A DNA stretch of 64,000 bases. Origin: Escherichia coli. GTDB taxonomy: Bacteria; Pseudomonadota; Gammaproteobacteria; Enterobacterales; Enterobacteriaceae. The position numbers were made by a program, and so were the translations under genes. Of this stretch, positions 37,830 to 46,929 are shown piece by piece; position 1 is the stretch's first letter; each line of letters begins with the position of its first letter. The stretch lies in NCBI RefSeq assembly GCF_003790525.1, contig NZ_CP033633.1. One strand, given 5' to 3'. The notes under the pieces were generated by a model, which did no database searches, was not told the origin of the DNA, and saw only the letters and a list, made by a program, of their open reading frames with translations.

Positions 37830-39273
37830 CCTGTCCGCTGTTGATTTTTCCCAGCAGATGCTGATTACGGGTCATTCCGCCCAGTTCCCGGTGCCAGTAT
37901 GTTCTGGCCTCAATACGCCCCTTTTCCCGGTACAACTGGAAAAAACGGGCATCCGGGGAGATGACTTCTGCGATCACTGTTCGTCCTGTCACGCCACGCC
38001 AGCAGTGCGGGCAGCCTTCATGATTTCGCAGATATACCTGGTCCGGGTTGCAGACGCTTTCCACCAGGCGCCGTTCATTATCCGTGCGCTCGGTAGCCAC
38101 CTCATGCCAGGGGCGACGGCAGTGCGGACATATCAGCTGAACCAGACGCTGGCTCAGCAGGCCAATGAACAGTTGCGGGTCGGCAATCATCCTGGCCTGT
38201 ACCCCCTCCATCTCAAGACGTTCGAGGATGTTAATCGGGTCGTTCGCATGGATGGTGGTCAGCATCAGATGCCCGGTCATGGCGGCTTTTATTGCCGTAA
38301 TGGCGGAATCGTGGTCACGGATTTCGCCGTTCAGGATCCCGTCAGGGTCAAGACGTAGTGCTGATTTAATGGAGTCCACCCAGCCCTGTGCGGAATCCAT
38401 GACGGCAGTCTGAATGGCACCGGGTATACGGCCCTCTGGCGGGGATTCAATGGTGAACAGCCTGCGACGGGGCAGAAGAATACCGCCGGTATTGTTGAAG
38501 CCGTACTGTTCAAGGTACGCCGCAGAGGCGGTTCTCAGCGTGGTGGATTTTCCTGAACCTGTTGGTCCTGAGAGCGTGATAATACCTTCAGGGCGCTGCA
38601 GAATACGGCGCAGGGTGCGCTCCTGCTCAGGGTGGTAGCCCAGCATGCTGAAGGTCGGGATTTGCAGACTGTCATCCTTGATCAGACGGAGCACAGCATA
38701 GAGGCCGCCCACGCAGGGATAGTGGGAGTAGCGTGCACCAAACAGACCGGCCAGTTTCAGGTACTGCTCTGAAAGACGCGCATCCTGAGGCACCCCGGGA
38801 TCAAACTGTGTGCCCTTGATGACGTCGGTCATGCCGGAATAGGTGGCCCCCAGTAATTCGAGGCCTTCTTCTTTCCGGAGGATATCGAGCACTTCCAGTT
38901 CGCCGTGAACCCGGGCTTCCACATAGGTGAAGTCCGTGTTGTCTCGTCCCGGGGTCATATGAAGGTCTGAGGCACCAAGAGAGGCAGAATGGCGGATATA
39001 GCCGAGCATTTTCTGCTGTACCGGGTTAATGACGCTTTCATCACCGGCGGTTGTGGTGTCCTGTCTGAGGCGGGCTATCACATCCAGGGTGGTGAATTCA
39101 AAGTCTCCCACACGCCCCTGATGACGTGCGCGCAGGCGGGTCAGATATTCCTGGACGGCACGCAGATGTTTTTTTCCCTCCACGACCCTGACCCGCAGAT
39201 GACCGGTTTTATCTGTGTCGATAGCCACATAATCCAGAATGTCATCCGGTGGCAGGTCTGCAGGATCCAACAT
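37765..39273 (-). CDS. pilQ: type IV pilus assembly ATPase PilQ (GspE family)
   Basis: 502 aa; Walker A GPTGSGKSTT; Cys-x2-Cys pairs typical of GspE-family ATPases. Confidence 0.85.
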   Translation of the reverse strand: MLDPADLPPDDILDYVAIDTDKTGHLRVRVVEGKKHLRAVQEYLTRLRARHQGRVGDFEFTTLDVIARLRQDTTTAGDESVINPVQQKMLGYIRHSASLGASDLHMTPGRDNTDFTYVEARVHGELEVLDILRKEEGLELLGATYSGMTDVIKGTQFDPGVPQDARLSEQYLKLAGLFGARYSHYPCVGGLYAVLRLIKDDSLQIPTFSMLGYHPEQERTLRRILQRPEGIITLSGPTGSGKSTTLRTASAAYLEQYGFNNTGGILLPRRRLFTIESPPEGRIPGAIQTAVMDSAQGWVDSIKSALRLDPDGILNGEIRDHDSAITAIKAAMTGHLMLTTIHANDPINILERLEMEGVQARMIADPQLFIGLLSQRLVQLICPHCRRPWHEVATERTDNERRLVESVCNPDQVYLRNHEGCPHCWRGVTGRTVIAEVISPDARFFQLYREKGRIEARTYWHRELGGMTRNQHLLGKINSGQVDPLAAHYISPVDEDSYTLLH

Positions 39274-39369
39274 AAGGCCTCCTTACGGGCAGCGGCGCCC
39301 GGAAAATATGTTTTCTGTTATTAAGCGAGGGAAATAATCAGTTCTTCTGCGGAGAGAATCTGGACATTT

Positions 39370-40044
39370 TCAGCACAGGCTTAACAGTGTAAAAATGATT
39401 ACGCCTCCAAAAGCGAATAACAGGGGAATGTTTTTCTCCGGCTGTGTTGATCTCAGCGTTAATACCGGTGTGGCGAGAGCGTAAAAAATAATACCTGCGG
39501 TATAAATAAAATAAGGTGTGATGCCGGACAGATTACATACACTGGCGAATATCATAAGCATGACGGCAACTACCGATAAAATAATGGAAGTATTCTTCCA
39601 TTCACCAGATGGTGTAAGTGAAATGATATCGCCATCCTGTTTATAGTTCGTGTTCAGCTTCAGGAAATGACGGATATCTTTCAGCGTGTTCAGTTTCTGC
39701 TGGATCTCTTCCACAAGTTCCTGTCTGTCGGTTTTTTCACGGAGCAGCTGGAATTTTGTCTCCCTCAGTACAGATATAATACGGTCCACCTGGCCGGGGG
39801 AGGGATAGTAATGATGTTCGAGCATCCACCGGATATCGGCGATTAACCGGTCAGTTACCGGTGTATTACCGTTGTTAATGAGAGGTGTTTCGTGCATCCA
39901 CTGAAATATGCGGTAGATATGTCGCTTAACAAAAATAAAATCATCGGTGGTTTTATTCTCCAGCATGAGATATATCCCGTCGAGTGTTAATAATAAAACG
40001 TCCCGGGTGTGAGGTGATTTGTGATGTATTGTACGGAATATCAT
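39370..40044 (-). CDS. hypothetical protein with C-terminal TM segments, 224 aa, extra gene inside pil operon
   Basis: AT-richer than flanking pil genes; larger intergenic gaps (96 and 131 bp) than the tightly coupled pil genes. Confidence 0.4.
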   Translation of the reverse strand: MIFRTIHHKSPHTRDVLLLTLDGIYLMLENKTTDDFIFVKRHIYRIFQWMHETPLINNGNTPVTDRLIADIRWMLEHHYYPSPGQVDRIISVLRETKFQLLREKTDRQELVEEIQQKLNTLKDIRHFLKLNTNYKQDGDIISLTPSGEWKNTSIILSVVAVMLMIFASVCNLSGITPYFIYTAGIIFYALATPVLTLRSTQPEKNIPLLFAFGGVIIFTLLSLC

Positions 40045-40175
40045 TTCTGCACTGTAATCGTTTACGCAGGTGATATATCACACCAGAGTAAATACAGCGG
40101 AATGAAGCTGTAGAGTGACCAGAAAAGCCCGACGGGATCTTTTGCCCACAGGCATAAGAATGTCAGTCCGGTGCA

Positions 40176-40616
40176 TCATGCGCCGGCAAGTGCCGCGCAT
40201 AATTCAGCGCCTCCGGAATTGCCGCTCTTCATCATATAACAGAGCGCGATCAGCAGTGGGATAATGAAGACGAGCGGCAGGACAAAGGATTCGGCTGCGG
40301 ATATCCATTCCCGGTAACGCCAGCGGTCGTTTAATCTGTCGGCATCATATTTCAGACAGTTGCTCAGGAACGCCAGATCGTTCATGAGGGGGGCGTCCTG
40401 GCCATACTGCGCCGCGAGGCGCATTCTGGCACCCCACAACCGGGCACTCAGGGCACGGAGTTGTGCCGGGGTGACCTGTTTTCCCCGACAAAGTTGTACC
40501 TGTAATTGTGTTGCCTCGTGGACAATATCTGTGTGGTTCACCCCATATTCTGCAGCGGCTGTTTCCAGGTCACGGATGATCAGGCTGAGCCAGGATATCA
40601 GTTCACTGATGTTCAT
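40176..40616 (-). CDS. hypothetical protein with C-terminal TM anchor, 146 aa, extra gene inside pil operon
   Basis: ORF between pilP and pilQ; soluble N-terminal domain then hydrophobic helix. Confidence 0.4.
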   Translation of the reverse strand: MNISELISWLSLIIRDLETAAAEYGVNHTDIVHEATQLQVQLCRGKQVTPAQLRALSARLWGARMRLAAQYGQDAPLMNDLAFLSNCLKYDADRLNDRWRYREWISAAESFVLPLVFIIPLLIALCYMMKSGNSGGAELCAALAGA

Positions 40617-40664
40617 TGTCGTTCATCCTTTTGTACGGACAGCCGCCTGTACTGGCGGCCGGTT

Positions 40665-41117
40665 TCATGGTCGCAGGGTTTTTCTGATGCCGGACTGCTC
40701 CAGTACCACACTGTCCGGTGTGATTTTCTCCACGAGATAAGGGGTTCCGGGGATGTTCTGGCCCGTCTTCACATCGGTGATGTGTCCACCCGAAAGTTCT
40801 ATCCGGGCTCTCAGCTGAGGCTGTACACCAAATATTTCTGTCAGACGGGGGGATGTCGCCGTCGACGGGGCAGTCGGGATGGCGGACGTGCTTTCCTGCG
40901 GACGACCGGGCTCTGCGGGAATACCCTGCTCCAGCATGCGCAGTTCATGACGGATTTTCTCTCTCGCCAGCATGGCTTCATACAGGGCTGTTTCGTCCTG
41001 TATCCGCTCAATCTGCAGTTGCCGGGGACTCTGTTCCTCTGCGTTTCCGGTTGTGGCCATTGCCGTTGCCGGTAACAGCAGCGCTGAAACCAGAAGGGCT
41101 TTTGTTTTAGCGTGCAT
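40665..41117 (-). CDS. pilP: periplasmic pilus assembly protein PilP
   Basis: 150 aa with signal peptide MHAKTKALLVSALLLPATAMA; size matches R64 PilP as recalled. Confidence 0.5.
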   Translation of the reverse strand: MHAKTKALLVSALLLPATAMATTGNAEEQSPRQLQIERIQDETALYEAMLAREKIRHELRMLEQGIPAEPGRPQESTSAIPTAPSTATSPRLTEIFGVQPQLRARIELSGGHITDVKTGQNIPGTPYLVEKITPDSVVLEQSGIRKTLRP

Positions 41118-42402
41118 AATATTTACCTGTAAATTGATAGTGGAAACGACCGTTCTCCAGTTGTCGTGTGACAGAGATAAAACGGACAGAAGGCGCCTTC
41201 AGACGTTCAACCAGCTGGTATGCCGGGAGTAGCGTCTGTATCTGAAGGTCATACTCTTTCCACGGAGGCTGGATAATATTTCCGTTTTCATCGGTGACGC
41301 TGTTACTGACCTCCTGCCAGTCCAGCGTCAGTGGCATTGACTGAGCAAGCGTGGTCAGTTGTTCTTGCAGGACAGAGCTTTCCGGCAGAGCATCAACGTC
41401 GACGGGATGTTCAGGCAGGCGGAAGCTGACTGGCAGGCCAATGCCGCCGGTCTTTCCTTCCGGCATCACAATAAAGGGGCGGGTACCCGTCATATCACTG
41501 ATGCGCCGGATGAAGTCAGTCACTGTCGCGCCAGCTGTATTAGTGTACGAGGCGCGAAGATTGCCGCTGCCGCCGTCAGTTGAACATTCAGCCAGCGAAT
41601 AACGCCATCCGGAGGCAGACAGTGGCAGTGACGTCCATATGTCAGCACATCCCTGGATAAAGGCGTCGGTTTCGGGGAGTCCGGGCCAGGGGGGACTGAT
41701 TTGTTCCTCTGTGACCTGTCGGGCAGCTGCTGCCTGCGCGGCTTGTTCAGTCTTCCACCGTTCATAATACTGCCAGCCGTACCATGCAGCGCCGAGAAGG
41801 GCGATGATCAGCGAGACAGTGATGAACTGCGCTCCCCGGGATACCGGATTCAGGCGCGCGGCAGCCGGATGTTTACCAGAGCCGGTCAGGGTGGACAGCG
41901 GCAGGGCCTGATTCTGATCGCCTGCTGAAAATGCCACCGGTTCATAGCGTGTCCAGCCCTGCTCCGGTTCGGTGTTGATGGAAAGAAAGGTATCCCGGGC
42001 TTCACGGACCTCTTCTCCGCTTCCCACCAGGTCACTGACGAGAACACCGTCGACAGCGGAAACAAAGCTGTAGCGCGGTGTTTCTCCGGGTAACGTCAGT
42101 TCCGTGATGGCATAGCCGCCATGTTCAAGCAGTGGCAGGATCAGCAGGGCGAGGGAGAAGCACTGACGGGGTTTTCCGGGCAGTATGCGGCGACTGACAG
42201 TGGCTACCATGGTGTGGGTATCGGCATCTTCATTACTGAGATACTGACAGGCCAGGAAAAGGTCGGCTTTCTGTGCCCGGGCAAAGTCGCGGGCATGCCG
42301 GTACTGTGAGGGCAGTGTTTTCCATTCCAGCCCGGCCAGAAACACATTGCGCCCTGCCGGCAGCGGAAACACCTGCCGCTCTGTCGGTGAAATATCCGTC
42401 AC
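41107..42402 (-). CDS. pilO: pilus assembly protein PilO
   Basis: 431 aa, size and position match R64 PilO. Confidence 0.55.
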   Translation of the reverse strand: MTDISPTERQVFPLPAGRNVFLAGLEWKTLPSQYRHARDFARAQKADLFLACQYLSNEDADTHTMVATVSRRILPGKPRQCFSLALLILPLLEHGGYAITELTLPGETPRYSFVSAVDGVLVSDLVGSGEEVREARDTFLSINTEPEQGWTRYEPVAFSAGDQNQALPLSTLTGSGKHPAAARLNPVSRGAQFITVSLIIALLGAAWYGWQYYERWKTEQAAQAAAARQVTEEQISPPWPGLPETDAFIQGCADIWTSLPLSASGWRYSLAECSTDGGSGNLRASYTNTAGATVTDFIRRISDMTGTRPFIVMPEGKTGGIGLPVSFRLPEHPVDVDALPESSVLQEQLTTLAQSMPLTLDWQEVSNSVTDENGNIIQPPWKEYDLQIQTLLPAYQLVERLKAPSVRFISVTRQLENGRFHYQFTGKYYAR

Positions 42403-42422
42403 GATCGTCCTCCTTGTGAAAA

Positions 42423-44042
42423 TCAGATGATATTGGGCGTGATCAGCACCACGAGAATGGTGTCGTCGTTTTCACTGTTGATCCCACCGCCAAGACCGAA
42501 GAATCCCGGCGTGCCTACACCCTGTTTTCCGCTGCGACGTCCTGACTGCTGGAAGCCACTGATAATGACCGTCTGCCCGGATTTCAGATCCACGGTCTGA
42601 TTGATGGTTTTCAGATCCACATTCGGCAGCTGGGCTTTACTTCCACCGCTCTCATAATTCTCAATAACCGGTTTGTCGGAGAGACTCATGGAATAGAGCA
42701 ACTGCAGTGTCTGTGAGTCCGGGAGAATGAACGGCAGAAGGGTCATGTTAAAACCGGTGGTGATGGTGGCCGCATTCAGGGAGGTGGATGAGCCGACATT
42801 GGCAGTGGTATCCGTCGTCACACTCTCGATGTAACTCTGCTGATTGGCGATCTGCATTGGCACCGGCGTCAGGTTTTTGGTGACGGCAGAGTGCTGGGTC
42901 ACCACACTGACAACCCCCTGGGAAGACAATGCTTTCAGGAAGGCTTTTGAACCGGTGAGTTTACCGTCCACAATGGAAACACCACCTGTGATGGCATCAC
43001 TGGCTGCACTGGTGAATGTGCTGCCGAGACTCAGTCCCAGCGTTCTGTCGCTGAAGACTGCGTTCCAGTCGATACCGGCCTGCTCATTGCGGGTTTTCCG
43101 GATACTCAGAATTTCCACATTCAGCACCACCTGACGTTTCATCTCTTCATTGCGTTTTTCAATGAATGCCCGGACCGTTTCCAGAACCTGTGGATTATCT
43201 GTGACGGTTATAAAGCCCGTGGACATGAACATGCGTCCGATACCCGGGGTCAGCATTGATGTGACCGCATTTTTCACATCCTGATACAGCGCAGACTTCA
43301 TATCCACGGTGGTGGTCTGGGTATTGCTGGCATCACCGGAAATGGCATCTGATGCACTGCCTCCTGATGAGCCGTTTGAGGACATGGTGCCGCTGACCAC
43401 AGTGGCGTTATAGGTCACCTGACTGTCCATATAGGTGATGGGGAAGGTCTGTGTCTCGAGATAATAGAAGATGATATGCGAGCCGTCATAGCGCCAGGAT
43501 ATACCGAGACGGGAGGAGACCGCATTCAGCAGGGTCGTCAGGCCGGAGGCATTCAGTTCAGACAGTGCTGCGGTATTTCCCGGCAGACGGGATGATGGCG
43601 TGTCAGATGCGCCAATGGCGGCAAGGGGAACCATGCCGCTTGCATCCGGTGGGGGTAACGCGCCCTGGATTTGTTGTGTGCTGCCGGTTGTGGATGTATT
43701 CAGGTATGTCAGTACATCAGGTGTGATCCGTACAGGAATATGGCAGCTTTCCGTGATCCGCTGAACCACCTGCTGAAGGGTGATGCTCTGACGGGTATGA
43801 ATGACAATGGGACAACCGGGAACGGTTTTGCCGGTGTTTTTATCCATGACCGGACGGGGATTGATCCATTGTCGAGAGGATTCCTTAACAACCGGCGTCC
43901 GGGTTCGCAGATCAGACATCATTTCCCGTGCCCGTTGTTGTTCCGCAACGGCTTCCTTTCTTGTGCTCTCAAGCTGTCTGTAACTGGCACAGCCCTGTAA
44001 CAGAGCGGCGGCAATCATAATGGCAAGAATTTTTTTATTCAT
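42423..44042 (-). CDS. pilN: secretin-family lipoprotein PilN
   Basis: 539 aa; lipobox ALLQGCAS; secretin-like C-terminus ...DDTILVVLITPNII. Confidence 0.8.
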   Translation of the reverse strand: MNKKILAIMIAAALLQGCASYRQLESTRKEAVAEQQRAREMMSDLRTRTPVVKESSRQWINPRPVMDKNTGKTVPGCPIVIHTRQSITLQQVVQRITESCHIPVRITPDVLTYLNTSTTGSTQQIQGALPPPDASGMVPLAAIGASDTPSSRLPGNTAALSELNASGLTTLLNAVSSRLGISWRYDGSHIIFYYLETQTFPITYMDSQVTYNATVVSGTMSSNGSSGGSASDAISGDASNTQTTTVDMKSALYQDVKNAVTSMLTPGIGRMFMSTGFITVTDNPQVLETVRAFIEKRNEEMKRQVVLNVEILSIRKTRNEQAGIDWNAVFSDRTLGLSLGSTFTSAASDAITGGVSIVDGKLTGSKAFLKALSSQGVVSVVTQHSAVTKNLTPVPMQIANQQSYIESVTTDTTANVGSSTSLNAATITTGFNMTLLPFILPDSQTLQLLYSMSLSDKPVIENYESGGSKAQLPNVDLKTINQTVDLKSGQTVIISGFQQSGRRSGKQGVGTPGFFGLGGGINSENDDTILVVLITPNII

Positions 44043-44072
44043 GGGAGATCCGTGAGTTATTCAGATTCGTGA

Positions 44073-44510
44073 CTAATTCATCCAGAGGATGACGTGATCG
44101 GGGATCACCGACGGAAGTGTGACGGAAAGCGCTCTGCCGGCGGTGTCCAGCAGCCGGCCGTTTTCCACCCTGCCGAGGAGGGCAGAGTCATGACTCTGTT
44201 CCCTGAGGGCGGCCATCAGGCCCGGGGTTTCTGTGGCCCAGACAAAAACACGTTGCTGGCTGATGATATGACTGACGGTATCCGTCCCGGGAAGCCCGAG
44301 CTGAGCGGATGTCAGCCGCCCTCCGGCTGTCCGTCGTTCCGGATTCTGATGCAGGTAATCATTGATGGCGTTCATATAACGAATGAACGTTGCTGCCTGT
44401 TGTGTGTTTTCTGCGGCCTGATGACGGTGTTCGCTGCGGGAGAGCTGACTGGTGAACCAGAAATTGCCGGTGGTCGTGATGACCATGATGAACACGATGA
44501 ACCAGCCCAT
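44073..44510 (-). CDS. pilM: pilus assembly protein PilM
   Basis: 145 aa with N-terminal TM; size matches R64 PilM. Confidence 0.5.
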   Translation of the reverse strand: MGWFIVFIMVITTTGNFWFTSQLSRSEHRHQAAENTQQAATFIRYMNAINDYLHQNPERRTAGGRLTSAQLGLPGTDTVSHIISQQRVFVWATETPGLMAALREQSHDSALLGRVENGRLLDTAGRALSVTLPSVIPDHVILWMN

Positions 44511-44514
44511 AAGG

Positions 44515-45585
44515 TTATTCCTGTGGACGATCTGTCACCCGCAGCAGACATTGTGCTGTGCTGGTCCGGGCATACAGCGGTTTTTCCACCGGGGTGTAGA
44601 GTGCAAATAGCTGTTCCAGCGCCTGGCGGAAACTGCCGGTGAAAACCAGAGGAGCATCGATGCTGTAGTTGACAGGTGTTTCCCAGCGCAGTGTCCATGT
44701 GCCGTGCGGGCATTTTTCGGATGATGTCCAGCGGGCCAGTCCGTCTTTCAGGGTGGTCCCCTTTTCCATTTTCCACTGCCGTGGCGGTATGACCTTCTGC
44801 GGTGGTGTCACTACCGGTTTCGTGGCCACCGGGGCTGGCGTGGTTGTTCTGCTCTCTGGTGTTCCGGATGTCCCGGTGGTGGTCTGAGCCCGGGATACGC
44901 TGACGGCAGGTGGTACCTGTGCCTGGTCTGCCGCTGTTCCGGTTGTGCTCCTGAACGGATTACGTGGTGTGTCCGCTGTTTTCTGTGAACCCTGCGGTGT
45001 CGTGACGTCGACCGGCGGTGTTGCAGAGGTCGTGACAGTCAGTATTTTCCTGTTCCAGTCCATATGTCCGTAAAGCTGCTGGCCGGCCAGCAGCGCATTC
45101 AGTGCCCGGTGCCACTGGTCATTAACGGACCAGGAAGGGAGGCGTTTGTTCAGTGCCGGTGTGGCGGCATTCTGCTGGCGGAACTGCCAGCCGGTTGGCA
45201 GCAGCTGGCGTATCCAGTCACTGACGGTGCGCTGACGTGCTTCACGTAAATAAACGACGGATGAGGGACCGGGCTTACCGGTCATAACCAGTGCAGACAG
45301 CGGTGTGGCCTGAAGAAGCGGGCGGGGAGGCAGTGCGGTACTCTGGCTGCTGACAGTGGTTGAGGGTGTCGCCGTTGTTGTCGGACGGGGCGGTGTCACA
45401 GGGCGGGTCACCGGTGGCGGAAGCAGACGTTTTTGCGTATGGGTGATAATGGCAGCACTTTCGCGAATTTGTCCGTCGACGAACACCAGAGCCGGAGGCG
45501 TGGTATCCGGAACAGGCGTGGCATTAAATGCCGTACAGCCGCTGAGTAATGACGGCAGAAGGAGTGTCAGTGATTTCTTTTGCAT
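44515..45585 (-). CDS. pilL: pilus assembly lipoprotein PilL
   Basis: 356 aa; lipobox LLSGCTAF; Pro/Thr-rich linker; size matches R64 PilL. Confidence 0.6.
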   Translation of the reverse strand: MQKKSLTLLLPSLLSGCTAFNATPVPDTTPPALVFVDGQIRESAAIITHTQKRLLPPPVTRPVTPPRPTTTATPSTTVSSQSTALPPRPLLQATPLSALVMTGKPGPSSVVYLREARQRTVSDWIRQLLPTGWQFRQQNAATPALNKRLPSWSVNDQWHRALNALLAGQQLYGHMDWNRKILTVTTSATPPVDVTTPQGSQKTADTPRNPFRSTTGTAADQAQVPPAVSVSRAQTTTGTSGTPESRTTTPAPVATKPVVTPPQKVIPPRQWKMEKGTTLKDGLARWTSSEKCPHGTWTLRWETPVNYSIDAPLVFTGSFRQALEQLFALYTPVEKPLYARTSTAQCLLRVTDRPQE

Positions 45586-45706
45586 AGAATATAATCCGGT
45601 ATATTACGGGTTACGGTATAAGACAGGTGGCGGGTAACTGGCCTTCAGATGAATATCATTTCATCGGGTTATTGATGATGAACCTTAAAAATCACAGAGG
45701 TGATGC

Positions 45707-46102
45707 ATGATAAAGAAGATGTGGCGTTATTTACGGCAAATTGATAAGTATGAATTGCTGCAGCAGGTGATTTCAGTACATGAAGTGGAACTGCTCAGGA
45801 AAATGATGACAGATTCATTATTAGGGTGCTCAGTAGGATATGTGTTTTCGAAAATACTGAAGATATTCTTTCTGCGTTTTATTCAGTCTGAGGGGGGATG
45901 GGATATTATTACTTACTTTTTGTGGATGCTGGGAATACTTATTGTCATGGCCGCGCTGTTTATCTGGATGTGCGCCGCTGTATGCTATGAGCTTCGGATG
46001 TATAAAATAAAAACAGGAAGGGAGAACGATATATTATTCTGGGTGTGGATTCTTCTTTTTGATGTCGCGGTTGTATTTTCGCTGGGTAATGTTATCTGGT
46101 GA
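45707..46102 (+). CDS. hypothetical membrane protein, 131 aa, AT-rich
   Basis: Plus-strand ORF in an AT-rich block upstream of pilL; two or three TM segments. Confidence 0.3.
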   Translation: MIKKMWRYLRQIDKYELLQQVISVHEVELLRKMMTDSLLGCSVGYVFSKILKIFFLRFIQSEGGWDIITYFLWMLGILIVMAALFIWMCAAVCYELRMYKIKTGRENDILFWVWILLFDVAVVFSLGNVIW

Positions 46103-46534
46103 TTATGGGTTCAGTGACATATGGAAAAAGATAAGTGCGAACATTGATACTGAAGAATAATATATCCAGGAATAGAAAAACATGAATTTCGGAGATGGTT
46201 TCTTCTGTCTCCTGTTTTTCAGGGGAGTCTGTGGGTCAAATGTTATCAGCGTCATTAAAGGATACCCTTTCATAAGAATAAAAATATAGACGCATAAATG
46301 AGCGTAAAGAGGTAACCTGTCCTGCCAGAACAGAATCATCATGATGACGGCAAGATGAAATGTCGTTACATTGATATAATAAAACCAGCTGTATTTACGC
46401 AGATACTGTTGGATATTCACGCTGTCAGCATGCGGTTCTGGTGAACAATTTATGCAAAAACAGAAGAAAGAAATGATGATGAACACGGTCAGAGTGACCG
46501 GTAATACAGTCACAAGCAGAAAGAGTATGGACAT
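46103..46534 (-). CDS. hypothetical polytopic membrane protein, 143 aa, AT-rich
   Basis: Converges on the preceding ORF with zero spacing; could alternatively be a divergent PilK-like gene. Confidence 0.3.
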   Translation of the reverse strand: MSILFLLVTVLPVTLTVFIIISFFCFCINCSPEPHADSVNIQQYLRKYSWFYYINVTTFHLAVIMMILFWQDRLPLYAHLCVYIFILMKGYPLMTLITFDPQTPLKNRRQKKPSPKFMFFYSWIYYSSVSMFALIFFHMSLNP

Positions 46535-46606
46535 AAAAATATCTCCGTCAGGATAGTGTGATTATTCCTTTATGGTTCCATAACCCGGCGTAGCTCCGTC
46601 GACTGG

Positions 46607-46849
46607 TTATAATTTTATCCGGGACCTGGCTTTAAGGGGTAATGCCACCTCTTTCCATTCACTACAGCTTCCGGGAATACGTTCTGTGCGTCGTATTATT
46701 CGTGTGTTCTGGCATACAATAATCAGGGCATTGTCTGCCGTCTGAAATGGCATTATAGCGATGTTTATATCTTCTGTTGCAGGAATATAACTGACTTTCT
46801 TTTCACATGTATTGGTGTATATGACAACTCTGAATTTTTCTGCGGACAT
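46607..46849 (-). CDS. small hypothetical protein, about 80 aa, downstream of flotillin gene
   Basis: Internal ATG at 46849 with AGAGGA 8 nt upstream (track ORF 46607..46924). Confidence 0.3.
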   Translation of the reverse strand: MSAEKFRVVIYTNTCEKKVSYIPATEDINIAIMPFQTADNALIIVCQNTRIIRRTERIPGSCSEWKEVALPLKARSRIKL

Positions 46850-46929
46850 TTTCAATCCTCTTTTAAGCCAGAATATCCCGTGAGGGCATTCTTTGTGAAA
46901 AAGATGCCGGAAAAATTCCGGCACGGGGA

